64,000 nt of DNA from Vezdaea acicularis. Its lineage: Eukaryota. Shown here one piece after another: positions 1 through 13,344 of this stretch (the stretch's first letter is position 1; each line of letters opens with the position of its first letter). Made by a program: the position numbers and the translations under genes. Location of the stretch: NCBI GenBank assembly GCA_026025075.1, contig JAPEUI010000002.1, positions 62,001-126,000 on the forward strand, written 5' to 3'. The notes beneath the pieces are model-generated. The model was not told where the DNA came from, did not search any database, and saw only the letters and a program-made list of their open reading frames with translations.

Positions 1-830
1 GGCAGATGAAAGTTAGTAGTTCCCGCTTTTGAGCCATCCACTAGCTCACGGGCTGACATTACAATGAGAATAAATGAGACGGCCGTCATGAGGAAGCAAA
101 AGACAATGTTGCCAGCGGTTTCAATCCGAGCTTTGCCAGATGGATATCTCCTTGGATCTACACGGTTGATAGCACGGTGCGAAAGGATCAGCATGATATT
201 TGACAAAGGGTCAAATAGAGCATCCGCCATGGTAGTGAATAATGATAGCGATCCTGAAGAGGCCGCGCCATATACCTGAAGCACAGCCAGGAGTACATTA
301 GCTGCAAAGCTTCCATGTACTGCGATCTGAAATTTAAGATGATTGTCCGCGTCTTGTGCTTTCGCTTCTCGTCTGTGGTCGTCCACAGGCTTCAGAAGGC
401 GTTCAATGTTTTCATTCTGGCTTTGGTAAAATCCCTGGATTTTCCTTGCCTTTCGGGCGCGAGTATTGGTAGTAATTGGCCCACAACCGTCCCTCTTTCT
501 AGAAGTATTCGCCCGAATGAGGTCTAATTCGCTCGGAGACTTCAAGGCACTTGATAAGCGATAGGGATCTGTTTCACTCGTATAAGGCGGCGGCCTTTGG
601 CCTTCTAGGTCATTCTGTATCTCGGATGTTGCAGCAGTTGACCGGGACTTAGATTGGCTCTGCTCCCCATTGGAAGCTGACTCTAGGGCTGTTGTCGTAG
701 CATCTTGGCGCGGTGTAGAGGACCGGATAGGCGTTGCAGTCGAACTATCAGAGCGGAACGAGTGCGGATGTGGGTGGAATGGATGGGGATGCATTGTAAT
801 CGCATGAGACAAGTTTGGGTCAGAACTCAT
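1..830 (-). CDS. Cation diffusion facilitator (Mn-CDF/MTP8-like) metal transporter, 5' part; continues off the left edge
   Basis: Manual translation from ATG at 830: MSSDPNLSH...GFYQSQNENIERLLKPV...AVHGSFAANVLLAVLQVYGAASSGSLSLFTTMADALFD...YPSGKARIETAGNIVFCFLM. An intron starts near 62 (GTAATG...CTAAC). Missed by the ORF track. Confidence 0.88.
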   Translation of the reverse strand, partial: MSSDPNLSHAITMHPHPFHPHPHSFRSDSSTATPIRSSTPRQDATTTALESASNGEQSQSKSRSTAATSEIQNDLEGQRPPPYTSETDPYRLSSALKSPSELDLIRANTSRKRDGCGPITTNTRARKARKIQGFYQSQNENIERLLKPVDDHRREAKAQDADNHLKFQIAVHGSFAANVLLAVLQVYGAASSGSLSLFTTMADALFDPLSNIMLILSHRAINRVDPRRYPSGKARIETAGNIVFCFLMTAVSFILIVMSARELVDGSKAGTTNFHL

Positions 831-1757
831 GTTGAAGAGGTGCCTGGACGGCAATTTCGTCTTCTTTAAGGCGTACTATATCCCAATTATTGATATGTTA
901 GATACAGATGGGTGTCAAGTTTATGATGCTTCTATCACGAATCCGCTCATTTCATGATTTGGGCTGCGTTGACCCTACGTCAACGACGACACGTGACTCA
1001 CTTAAGCTGAAGTCGCAGAGAAAGCGCTGGGTAAGAATCTCTGGTATTCGTTTGGTATGTAGACATATGGAGATTCCTGAAATACCTTTGGGTTTTCGTT
1101 GCTCCTACTCCACCGAGCGTCTGTGACCATTTCGCGTTGAGACTAGTCTGTGGCCGGGCATACACGCGCAACTTCTCACAGTTCCGAGGCAGAGAACGTA
1201 AGATTGGCACGGGCTGTGGGCTGTCTCCGCAAACAATGGGATTGTTTATCCGAATGAATAGACGATGTCTATGAAGCCCCAGCCGTAAATAACAATTAGG
1301 GACGCTAAAACCTATATCATGGCTCGGAGTACGAAAACGTGCGTCATCACGCATGAGAAAGCGCCTACATGCTTGGTAGCGATCCAGGTACTACCAGACC
1401 TTTGTCTCTCTTGGCAAGGGCAGGGCCCTTATGTTTAGTGGGATGTGGTCGTTTCACATATTCTGACAAGGATCTCGTAACCTCGTTGAAGTGGAACCAA
1501 TTGCTTGAACAGCAAGACAGTTGTTAAGCAAAAGATAATTTTGGCACTATATTAGCACTTCTCCAACTAACGAAGACGAATTAAAAAGTAACCTAGAAAA
1601 GCGTGCAAGAAAAAAGGCTTTATTCAACCCCAGCCCATCCCCATAAACGAAACAAACCGCATGGTCAAGCATAGCAAGAGGTCAGCTTAATCTCGACCAA
1701 TACTCGATGGCCACAGTACTTTGCAAAACTCGAACCATCGACTAGCCTATCTCAATC

Positions 1758-3116
1758 TTAGGGCTTGCTCGCAAAGCCAAGCCGAGGAGAGCCTCCATTG
1801 TTGTCAAAGATCACAAACTAATCAAAAGATGTCAGCGTGTTACACACAAGCGAAAATCCAATAGGGAGAATTGCCTGAGATTTGAATAAGATGTCGCCAA
1901 AGATGGACATGCCAAGACCTTGATTGCTCTGGATCCCGCCAAAGCAAGCTGTGGGTGGCTTAGCAATCAGATCAAAATCTTTCAGCTTTTCCTGGGATAC
2001 TCACCCGTACTTGAGCTATCAATAGGGGCAAAGTTTACGAGGCTACCAGCTATGACCACGTCATATCCGGAAACTTGGAAAGCGAAGTCTGGAAGGGTAG
2101 CATCACAAGGGAAAGTGTAGCCTCCCTGACTACTGTCGAGCTGGGCACCAACGACTTTAGAGTAGTAATCTTGAACAATAGCGTCAGTGGTAAGCAGCAA
2201 TGTGGTACCGGTATCTAGCCTGACTGTTAGCTTATCTTTTCAACAGGAGTATCGAGGGTCGCGTTTTACCAGCGATGGCATCAATGGTCTGCGAGTTAAA
2301 GTCCCCATTTCCAACTTGATACCCATTAGCGGTGAACTCCCAGAACCCTTGGGCACTGTCCACTGGCACATAAGTGATCTGTCCCGCGTACTTGGAGTTG
2401 TCAATATATCCGAAGTCGTAACTACCAGGCTGGGCGTGCTTCAAATCAGCAGTGAAAAGCGGGGAAGACAGCGAAGGAATTGCGTTGTCGAAAAATGTTT
2501 GCTGTTGATTTGGTGTCACTGTATTGATGCTAGAGAAGGCCAGCCCTAGAAGACCGTCCGAAGAACTGCCCGAGATGAATTCGGTGCTGACTTTACTAGC
2601 CAGTTCAACGGCTTGTCCACTAACCATCGCACCGCCAATATTGACTTCGTCGGTCCCGACATCTCCGCTAGCGCCACTGCCGTCACCATATTGAATCTTC
2701 CAAGAGGCACCTGGAATTTTCTTGAAGGTGCGTGACTTCGAAGGGTCAAAAATTTTGTGGCCCGCCTGGGAAGACCGTGCCAACTCAGTTGAGAACACCC
2801 AAAGATCGGACGACCCAGTATCAAAGTCCAAATTTAAGGTCTGGCCTCCGATAGAAACGGGACACAAATATTCCTCGTCGTTTGCAGCTGGGTTTGCGCC
2901 TACGGTCCCATCTCCACTAGATACGGCCGCAATTGCTGGAGGCATACTCGCGTTGTACTTGCCAAGCGCTTTGGCATATGCTAGCTGGCCGTTCTTCTTA
3001 TAATCTTTATTGGAAACTTGCTCTACCCTAAAGTTTTTGTGCTTCTCAACAGGGACCGCGGTAACCAGGCCGTAACAGGCCGTTGAAGCGAACAAGAGCT
3101 TGCTAAGGATATGCAT
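1758..3116 (-). CDS. Secreted A1 aspartic protease (penicillopepsin/aspergillopepsin-like), 4 exons
   Basis: Signal peptide; [16 protein letters not shown] flap; second DTGT motif split by intron 2215-2269; ends [15 protein letters not shown]...RLGFASKP*. Further introns at ~1949-2004 and 1818-1874. Confidence 0.95.
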
Positions 3117-5567
3117 GATGAGATGAGAAGTTAGTCCAACTTTGAGAATCGGATATTAGGGGAACAAAAGCTCCAGATGACATTCAGCGAAGAAACATCC
3201 GTCAGAACGACCCATAGGACTCTTTGTATGTAGTGTGTAAACATAGCTCTTAACCCCACTACAGCACACTCTGATAGAGATGCCTCGGCGAAGATCTAGA
3301 GGCTCCATCAAGGGGCCACGAGATAGCAACGCCGGATGATCAGACTCATTACTAGCGCTGCCCGGTGATGGTTGCAAAGGAGCCGCACGCTATTACAGAC
3401 ATGCATGAAGACCTCTCCTTCCCTGACCAGGAAGCCCACAGTGGCCAACCTCTTCGGAGAAGGCTTCCCTTCAAAGAAGGTGATATCTCTCTCAAGTGCC
3501 AAGGTAGCTGCAACTTCAAGTTCTGTTAGTTAGAGTCAAGTTTCTGCTATGTTCCTCGGCGTTTTCGCCATCTATAAGCTTGTTCCTTTTGCAAAGCGCA
3601 AGAGTAACGAACGCCGTAGTGATGCTCGCGCTAATTCTGCAGCAATCTCGGAGGAACTAAAACCCATGAAGGCAGAGCTTAGCAACAATCTTGTACTGTC
3701 ATGAGGCTCGTAAGCTATCTGGGATTCTTTCATGTGTAAGACAAGGTCAAGGGCGTTAACCACACTCCGAACACTGAATAAAGAATATCATACTTATTAG
3801 GACTATACAAAGCTAGTCGCAATTGGTCAAACTCCGGCCCCATCGTCCACTGGAGGGTAGTCACAGTTGCCCTCCAGTTGCTAGGGAGGCGCTACTAACC
3901 AGCTAAGAGAAAGCAGGTGCCGAAGCATAGAGCAATCTAAGACAAACTATACACATAACAGGGGAAAGGTCATGAGAAGTTCAACATAGGATAGTCATAT
4001 ATTTGGAAGAATCCAAATATCCGAGTCTAGACTTAGCAATAACAGCAAGGAATGCAGAAAGTATTTGATGCTTGTCGAATTCGACAAAATGCATTTCGCG
4101 ATCTCAGTGGATAGGTCATCTCGGACGTGGCAGGGTCTGATATAGCCGTCAAGTTCAACGATCTTAGGATCGTTCCTATAGGCTATATCTGCCTCTCTCT
4201 CGTAGCAGAAGGAGAGAGGCTAATCGAAGGCCTTCACCGTGATCACCATCAGTCAGGCATACAGTTACCGACGACGGAGGACACCACGGGCCGGTACTTA
4301 GTGCCGGACTACCTGAGACTTGATCGATAGTTGACCGAAGCTCCAAGCAGCATCACAGGGCTCGCGGACTCGCTTCGACTATAAGATGTTACACCTTCCT
4401 GAACTGGACAGGTCAAAGATAAGCTCAGTTGTGATCGGCTGACAGCAGGACCGTTGCGGCTCCCAAGCTCCCTTCAATGCTGCGGGTGATGGCCCTTATC
4501 ATCGGCTTCCATTACCGCGGAAGGCCAGCTTTGTGGGTATAAACCTTTTCACGGATAAGGTTAATGTAAGGGGAGTGATCGGCTCTATCATGTTGTGTGG
4601 CCCGTGCTTCAGCAAGTCAAGCCGAGGTTCATCGGTCCTAGAGGTGAACAAGAGCCAGTTCTTGTTTCTTTCGGTACGGAGGCGCTTCCCCACCTAGACA
4701 AAAATCATAAAAGCTACCAAGACGTGGATGAATGAAATATATTTCAGTCAAGTTGCGCACGGATCATCCCGATGCAGTTGATTGGGCGAATGCACGTCTC
4801 GGGCACAAGAATTGTTGGAGGCAACTTTTACCGACCTGCCTGTGCTTGGAGATCCTCACGTTTCTCCGCTATCTAACTTCTGACCTGATCAATGACGATG
4901 TCTTGGTGGCGATCTAGAGGTCTGCTTGCAAGATGTACCTGGTAGATAAATCTTAGGAACGAATGGCAGTCTCACCTCGTTGCCAAGCGTATTACTCGGG
5001 ACCTCTTACGCAAATGAGGCGGATGCCCTGGTGAGTACTGGATTTTGTGGTTATCAAGGCTTCGATATTCAGACTTGTTATCTGTGGACCTTGTAGACGA
5101 TATTACTCGGGACCAGGGCGTGCAGCACGCATATCCATGCGCACAATTTCCTACTACAAGTGCGATGGCTGCATTGTGCATGGAAGCGCGTATGGGAAAC
5201 TTCCCTGCGAGTCATGTCTATGGGGCCGCCTGCAAGCTTACCAGGTGATCATGTTAGGTCAGGTCAGCAAATTATGTGCTGGCCTCATCACAGTCACTGG
5301 CCTTGTCTGTAATTACATCATTATTAGACGCCTGATGCTATGGCTGAGGATGATAGTGACGAGTCGGCAAATTGATCTATTGATGTGCAAATTCGGACGA
5401 ATGACTCCATCTTTGGAGCCACATCCAAAAGGATATCGGTGCCCACGTGCGTGTCTCTGTGGTCGAAGCCGAAAACAGTCATGTTACGTTACTCCCGGTT
5501 CTATGGTCCAATGTTTAATCCATCGTGTGGTCAATCAACTTTTTGAACCTAACTGCTTTGCCCAGGT

Positions 5568-7551
5568 TTATGCAACTTCGATCTTTGTTCGAAGACCATC
5601 CCAAGCCTCAAGCTTTTGCAGTATCGTTGAGCTGCTTTCTACGTCGCTGATCTCAGCGAATGCCTTAATACCGAAACATCTATCTTCTTGGGGGTATATT
5701 CTAGTCGAGATCGCTGTCCTGCCACATATAAAAACTTCTAAGACACTTTGGTCAAACCAGGCTCTTATCTGAAGAGGCTCTTCTTCCGCTTGACCAGTAA
5801 CAGGATTTACCATGGTAAAAAGAGTATGAGGCGCGACCTCCGGTTTATTATCGATAGCTGGGTCACCTAGAGCTATCTCGGGTCGTAGAATTGTGAATGT
5901 CTCATCCTCTGGGCAAAAGGACAATACAGTACGCGTTTGAAAGTCTATATTGGGACCCGTCAGCAGGGAGGAGTGTATGGGTCCGTCTCAGTAACTACTC
6001 ACCTACAGAATGTCCAATGACAATTCCAACACTATTGCAGCTTTTGCCGACGGTGAAAGAACATTCAAGTTCCCAATGCAACGTTCTGATATCCAAGTAC
6101 TCACTGAGTACATTGGAACCCGCCAAGCTAGCGTCCATTTTTACTGGTGATAAGTGAAGTTCTAGCTTTCTAGCACCTATTCGAAGGCTTTCCAATCTCT
6201 TGTCAGGCATAGTCTCTAAGGTTCTCACAGTGTAAGTACCGTGCTCGTCCAATTCTGTTTCCACAGAAGTGATGCTTTTCAGATTTGAAACGCGTGCATT
6301 TTTGACATGATGAACGCTTTTGAGCCTGACGATGCGAGGCAGGGAGAGAAGTCCGCTCCAGTTCTGATGATGGCGAAGTTTGTTAGGTAGGTCATCTTCC
6401 GTAATCCACCCCCAGAGAATCCTTTCCTTTGACACAGGATCCCAGAAGGAGTTTGCAGCGTAGAAGCATCCAAAATCGAGTACCCCGCCAAACTCGTACT
6501 GCATTTCTGGAACTAATCTCCCGTCCCTATTGATGCCTCGTAACTGACCCATCATCCACAATGGTGCTCGAGTAAAGTCACCTCCAGTCAGGGCTTGGTT
6601 CTCGCCGGAGGCTTTCGGTACATGCACTGGCAAGCCTCCTTCAGCTCCCACCACAAGAATGTCTCTTGAGACACCATCCTGGTCAGACAGTGTCATGAAG
6701 TTCGAAACCTCCCAGTTGACTCCAAGATCACCAGACCATCTTGAAAGTTTATGATTGAGCCCGACTGTCATCAGCGGGCCAAGGTATTCCCATTTACTGA
6801 GGTCCTTGGCCAGGATAGAGTATATAAAAGTCGTCGGTGTCTTATTCACAATACCTCCAGAGATGATACCGTACATGTATTCATCTGCTTTATGGCCTAG
6901 TGCAGCGCTCAGCGAGGGCCAGGGTGCAACAAAAGGGTCTCGCCATCCTGTCACTTCAATGTCTGACGGAGGGGCCATAAGAATTGGATTATCTGGAAAT
7001 TTTTCCCAAGACCTCCCTCCATCTGTACTCGTTGCTAAGGACAAGGATTCACTACCTTCTGTGTATGTTAATGTATGGTGAATCGGAAGTTTGTTAACAG
7101 ATGTGTATATGTAGGAAAGTGTACCATCGGTCTCGCCATTGATACCTGTTGGTCGGAAACAGCCAGTGAAGACTCCACAGCGATCGTAGTGCGTATCAGG
7201 AGTAAGACAGGTCATCTTTGCCGTCTTCCATGAGACGAGATCACGGGATTCCGAGTGTCCCCATGCAATGCCTTCGTCCCAGTCATTTCCTTTGGGATTC
7301 CACTGAAATGCAACATGATAAAGTCCGGTTGAGGGATCGTAGCCGGGAGCGCATGGATCATTCATCCAACCATGAGGCGCCATTAGATGATAAGATGGAC
7401 GCCATCGGAAGAATGCTCCCTTATCACTTCTTTTATGACTTGGCTCATGCAACTTTGCTTCGCCGTTGATGAAGAGAGAGGTCGGGTGTTGGATACCGTT
7501 TGCGGAAACATGGTATGGAACATCCATGTCTTGGGTGGCTGTTGTTGCCAT
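5568..7551 (-). CDS. Intracellular GH32 beta-fructofuranosidase/invertase, 2 exons
   Basis: WMNDP, FTG, WRDP, WEV and FYAA motifs; C-terminal WFDQSVLEVF...STRIYP; intron ~5945-6003; no signal peptide. Confidence 0.93.
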
Positions 7552-7842
7552 CGTCCCAAAGAAAAGTAGTCAGAGCATGCAAGGCACGTGGACCCACAAT
7601 AAAGGAGAAGCTGTGATGTTTCGGTTTCAAGCTCCAACTGCCCTGCTGTGGCTGTTGGAGAAGAGGTTCGAAATATAATCTCAGTGATGTAGCCGGCCAA
7701 CGGCACATTAAGAATAGGGCGAGCATCCTTGGGAACTCTAAGTTGCTCCTTACCGTGACGGCATAGCATTATACATCATCATACTCGCACGTCCGTGCTG
7801 GCTATTTTCCACCCTGCGATAGGTGCGTTTCTATGTAGGGGT

Positions 7843-7856
7843 CGGAGCTTCCTCGG
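7843..7856. promoter_or_regulatory. CGG-N8-CGG direct repeat (InuR/AmyR-type Zn2Cys6 site) in the GH32/sugar-porter divergent promoter
   Basis: Sequence CGGAGCTTCCTCGG. A CreA-type SYGGRG (GTGGGG, minus strand) lies at 7914-7919. Confidence 0.5.
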
Positions 7857-8408
7857 CGATAGCCTTTATCAACACTGGTGTCTAGCATTGCCGTAATAGT
7901 ACGGGTCGGGATTCCCCACATCTCACGCGTGGAAAGAAGCACTGGCCCATTTGGTGAATCCTAACGGTCTTTCAGCTTAGTGGATCTCATCGTGTCTTAG
8001 GATCATAACGTGAGGAGGCACATTTGCCATCGTCAAATGATGCATTTAATGACGAACGTCCACTGCCTTCCACCATCAAAGGTACCGTAAGATGTAGCAG
8101 CCATCAAAAACGGCGGCTCGGCAACTATAAGCGCAAGCCACAGACTGACAACCACCGCTGAGTCCGACGACCTTTCTCAAGTCTGATATGCCTCGCAAGG
8201 GATCATCGAAACAGTCGCTGGTGCAAACTTCATCTATAAATTACTAGCATCGTCAGTACGTTGATAGTTGAACCCGAAGACGATCCACACTTGCTACGAT
8301 GGCACCAGGAGCATAGGAAAAGCGGCTCCTTGGGAGGTATCACCTTCGCTGGGATCTGGATAGTGGTCAACGATACTCCTATTCTGTGAAACCCTGAGGT
8401 CTATCGCA

Positions 8409-10095
8409 ATGCATGTGCCTTCCACAGTTGTACAAACCAAAATGGTGGATGTTGAATCAACCGAGTTGAAATCTGAGAGGAGACCCTCTTTTGGAGTCGT
8501 GCAACGCATCGATGGAATTGGCGGTCCTGTCATACCACATTCAGCGACGCGTGGCAGCCCTATCAACTTTCTCCTCGTTGTTACCTGCATCGCCTTTGGC
8601 TGCTCGTCCTTTCTGACCGGAATGGACGATAAGATCATTTCACCCCTTGTTGCATTGGAACCATTCGTAGGTTGCATACTCCCCTTATGTCATCTAATAC
8701 GAGCTGACATTGATATGTCAGGTACGAAAATTTCAAGGTCCCAATCCAAGCACCGGGAAGTTTGTTTTCACGGCTCGAAATCAAGATTTACTCTTCTCTG
8801 TTCCTCTCGTCGGTTCAATCCTTGGTGCTCTGACTGCGCCAATACTCAACTCCCGCCTTGGTCGAAAATGGCCTCTTGTCGGGGCGTACACATGTTCCAT
8901 TGGTGGTGTTTTCTTGCAACTGTTCGCTCAAAATATTGCGGCCTTTGTTTGTGGAAGATTCATCAACGCAGTCGTTTTTGGGGTGGCTTCAGCTACAGCC
9001 CCACTTTACCTCGCAGAAGTCGTACCTATTCCAATGCGGGGCCGGGCTGTTTCCTCCATGAATATCTTATCACTCACCGCAGGGGTTGTAGCAACAGTCG
9101 TGGTCTTTGCTACTCACAAGATCGACGGACCCCTTTCTTTCAAGATTCCTCTAGCCGTGCAGTGCGTCATGCCAGTCATACTAATTCCACTGACGGCCTT
9201 CTTGCCCGAAAGCCCACAATGGCTTGTAGGCAAGAACCGTATTCAAGAGGCACGGAATAACCTTCGCAAGCTTCGAGGCTGCAGCGATACACAAGTTGAC
9301 GATGAGCTGCGCGTAATGATCATGTGCGAGGAAAACGAACGTGCTCTCACAGCTGAAGTCAAGTTTTGGCATCTTTTCAATCAAGAAAACTTAAAGCGAA
9401 CTATAACAGCCGGATCGCTCTTCTCTCTCAATCAGATATCTGGAATCATTCTAAGTACCACCTACGTGACCATCTTCTTAACGGAGCTCGGGGTAGGGAG
9501 TCCTTTTACTCTTACTGTCATAGCATCTTGCTGTGTCCTTGCCGGCTGCATAGCTGCTCCCTTCACCATTGACCGCGCTGGCCGCCGTCCCACGGCCCTT
9601 GTCGGTATGACTATCCTCTTCATTACAGATATCATCGCTGGCGGTCTCGCATTTGATGCGAGCAACCGCAATAGCGCCCTAGGTATCGCCTCATTATCTT
9701 TTATGTTCAACTTCTTCTGGGCAGCGTCATTCTACTCGCTGTCAAGCCTACTACCCGCCGAGATCGCAACACCTAAGCTAAGAAATTACACCATGTCGTA
9801 TACGATTGCGTGGGCGCAAACGACAGCAGTGATCACCACATTTGCCGTACCTCAGCTGACCGCCGCAGATGCGGCAAATCTTGGTGCCAAGGCTTATTTA
9901 GTGTTTGGCGGGTGCATGGCGTGTATCATTTTGTTTGTATACTTCTATCTGCCAGAAACTAGGGGCAGGTCCTTCGCGGAGATCGACGAGATGTATGATA
10001 AGAAGATACCGATGCGTCAGTGGAGGAAGTTTGAGACGAGTACAGAGGCCAAGCAGGCAAAGGTCGTTTCTGATACCGTCCTTGCAACTATTTAG
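8409..10095 (+). CDS. MFS sugar porter (maltose/alpha-glucoside permease-like), 2 exons
   Basis: Intron 8667-8721 joins the two ORFs. LGRK, PLYLAE, PESPQWL, DRAGRR and LPETRGRSFAEID motifs; about 12 hydrophobic segments. Start could be 8409 or 8442. Confidence 0.92.
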
Positions 10096-10308
10096 AGGGT
10101 ATGATTTTTTTTTCCATTTTCGTTGGGCAATTGTTTTGGGAGCATTAGCCGCCTTACGTACGGCTGGGCCGGCTCCATTCGTTTAGAACACCTCTATCAT
10201 CGGGGTATCTACCTTCTAGATTCACGCGCCTGATGCTTCGGGCGTTTTCTTGTGTCTAAAAGTATTGTTCTAGATCTATATGAGAAGATCAGTCAAGATC
10301 GTCCCTTT

Positions 10309-11184
10309 CTACCGCTCTAATGTTGGTTTGTATGACCCGTTGATGTCCACGATCTTCTGTACCGCTCTTCTGTATGCCTCTCTTTGCTCTAATTTTCCGA
10401 TATAAGCAGTCAACTTTGGATACTTCTGTTCGGTCACAAGCCCAGCTGCCTGTGCTCCCAACAGGGGAAAGCTCATCAGGACATCAGCTCCTGTCAGTTC
10501 CTTGCCGCAGAGAAACTTGCCGCCATCCGGCGAGGACGCTAGCTGTGATTCCAAGAAACCAAAATGCGTCGCAAAGTTTGGGCTAAGGAAGGATGAGTAT
10601 ATTGCTGCTGCAATCCCGTTCGTGATGAAGCGGACAAAGAAGGGGGATTTGGTTTTGATGTCTACAAGCGATTAGTCCACTGGTTTGCTCAAGACCATGG
10701 GGGATTTTACTGTTGACAATAAGTGCTACAGTCAGAATCGTCATCAAGCTACCTTCTGCATAGTGCATGAAGAATCTGTATCGCATCCAGGACTCCGTCT
10801 CCTGGCCAATTTGCCCTTCTTTACCGGCAGGGTACTTTGAAGGAATGAGCCACTTGCCGAAGTACTCGGAGAGGTATTCCACCATGAAGCCGCTTTCAGC
10901 GAGCGTCAATGACTTGGACATTCCTGGAGCTTGGAGACTCAGGACGGGAGATTTGCCGAGAGGATGTACTTCTTTTAATTCATGGGGTGCGAGACCGGTG
11001 GCTTCACGTTTGTAGAGTTCGAGCTCATATGGAAGATTTAGCTCTTCGAGCAGCCATAAAATCCGTTGGGAACGCGATTGATCGAGCCTGTAGGGTTGGT
11101 CAACTGCGCCGAGATCTATGCGTTTGGATAGAAATACCAGTGGAGCTTGATCTTGACGTCTTTCAGGGGCACTTCTGTTGACAT
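10309..11184 (-). CDS. Glutathione S-transferase (Gtt1-like), 3 exons
   Basis: KLHWLDQSRSQRILWLLEEL...HPLGKSPV...LAESGFMVEYL...HYAEGSLM...LTGADVLMSFPL; two GT-AG introns. Confidence 0.92.
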
Positions 11185-11713
11185 ATCGTGCGAGGAGGCC
11201 TCGGTACTTGCCATTACGTGAAATGGCGGGGCTTGATGTACAATTCAGACTTATTGCTTCACTAAAACCTCAAGTAGATGTGATTACTTCCTTCACATAT
11301 GCGCAACCCAAAACTTTCAACACGAGCTACGACTTAGAGGTTCTGGACGCTGGGCTACTTAGTATCTGAAATCGGAGAAGATACTCAATCGGGCTTCATT
11401 CGGCTGCCGAGGTCCTCGCATCATCCCTGCAGTTCCAAGCCAACAGAGAAGCCGCATACGTCAAGACATGAAACTGCGCGAGTGAGATAAAGATCAGCCT
11501 TGAATTCCTCAGTTCGATAGAACGGCTCCACCGATTTCAATTCCAAGACCCCATCAAGAGATGAATTTGGAAGAATAGTCCAACGCTTTAAACCTGCAAG
11601 AAGATCACGTGACTAGTGCGGTACAACCGACATTGACTTCAAGGGATCTCATCTTTGACTTCAATTTAATATCAATCGTATCTCCTCATCGCTCCAAAGC
11701 GTTTCTTCCCGTC

Positions 11714-12137
11714 ATGGCTGGCCACAGCAATGGTAAGGACCCCCCTGCGCCATCGAAATCTGCAATGGTTCTCGATCTTTTATATCCATTGGCTGACTTG
11801 TTCCTGGATGAAGCTCTTGCCATGGACCCGGCGTTGGTCAAGTATCAAAGTAAGCTACGAAACCTACTGCACTATAAATGATCTCGACGGCCTTGCTTAT
11901 CATAGTGCCAGATATGTTCGTGAATCGACATCAGTACTTTCGATGGACACCTCGGACCGCATACTTGACCTTTGCTTATGTGGTGGCTTTCCCTGCATTC
12001 ATCGGTTATCTAGCGTACACCACCGATGTAAGATGACCGGTCCTCTTCAACAGTGTTGAAAGTATACGCTTACAATCATGCAGGCCAAATGGGATATGAG
12101 GGGCAAGCGGAGAGGGGACACGATTGCTGAATTTTGA
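11714..12137 (+). CDS. NDUFB4: NADH:ubiquinone oxidoreductase accessory subunit B15 (NDUFB4/NB5M family), 4 exons
   Basis: Spliced product [74 protein letters not shown]; introns 11733-11813, 11850-11911 and 12028-12083. Confidence 0.85.
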
Positions 12138-13344
12138 GGGAAGATGGGCTTTAGTCAGGCTTTCCGGCGTTGGGCAAAGAGAGCGGCCTACGGACATCTT
12201 TGTTGTATATAAAACTGAGCATTTGTCCCATCAATACTGGCACATCGACTTGGGTCATTGCATGTATCGAAATCAGAACTTCCACCACTGCTAAAATAGC
12301 GATGTGCCTGGAATACGACGGCATGTGCAGCAGCAATGGGCGTCCCCAGACAGTACCTTGATGGTAGTCTTAAGCAAATTATTATACCATTATTTAGTTG
12401 GCTCTCAAGTTCGTTTACATCAGATTGTATTCGAAGTTCGCTTAGTCCATGATGAATGCCCTTGAATTCTCGAATCTAAGAAGAGAATTACCGTGTCTTG
12501 GCATGGATTTGTTGGTGGAATAAGGGCAATTTGCTAAAAGCAATTGAATCATGATTTTCTAGGTTTATTCTCCCACGTTTGCTCTTCTAAAAGATCACCT
12601 TCAAATCGGGAGACCTCTTTGAGCCACGTTTTTACTCCTCTGAAGAGATGTCCGGAATTGCACATAGATCACCCATCAGTACTACTAGGACAACATTTGC
12701 ATCAGTAGACCAGTCAGAACTTGGGTGGATATCTCCTTATAGGACATCAACCGTTTCTGAGAGTAGAGAGCTTATAGTAAGTTGGTAAGCACAATAGGGA
12801 ACCGTCACAAGACGCGGACGAAGCGCGTCCGATCTTCCCAGTGGCTCCGCCAATCAAGCGAATCAACGTAATTTCAAAATTTTAGGATGATTCACCCTGC
12901 AACATAAGACTTCGACGGATGCTGAATTTCTTGATATCATGAGCTCGGAGATTATAGTATTTCTTCCTCAACTTTATTAGAACAACAACGTTCAAGCTTG
13001 CGCTCAATTGGAGAGCTTCATAGCTGCCTCGAAAGGACAACAGTCTCCTATAGTCCGGCGAGCTCCTATCGCCTTATCTAACCCAACTCTACCGGAACAC
13101 TGTCTTCCACAAACTTAAAGTCGTAACGAACTTGCTTTCGACAGACCCTTCGCACACACCACTGGAGAAGATTCGGTGATACGATACTTCTGGAGAGTCC
13201 TTCCTATCTCACCCTTCACGACTGATCTGGACCCTGAATTTGCGCCGGTGTCCATGAATAAGGAGTAGCACCGGAACTACCAGATTGTTTCGAAGGGGTG
13301 TCATACTTCTGGAAAGCTCTTTACTAGAATTCTGGATTGCCGCC

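Noticed and set aside
5047..5772. 241-aa plus-strand ORF
   Set aside because: Overlaps the GH32 3' exon antisense, lacks an ATG at the called start and has no recognisable motif.
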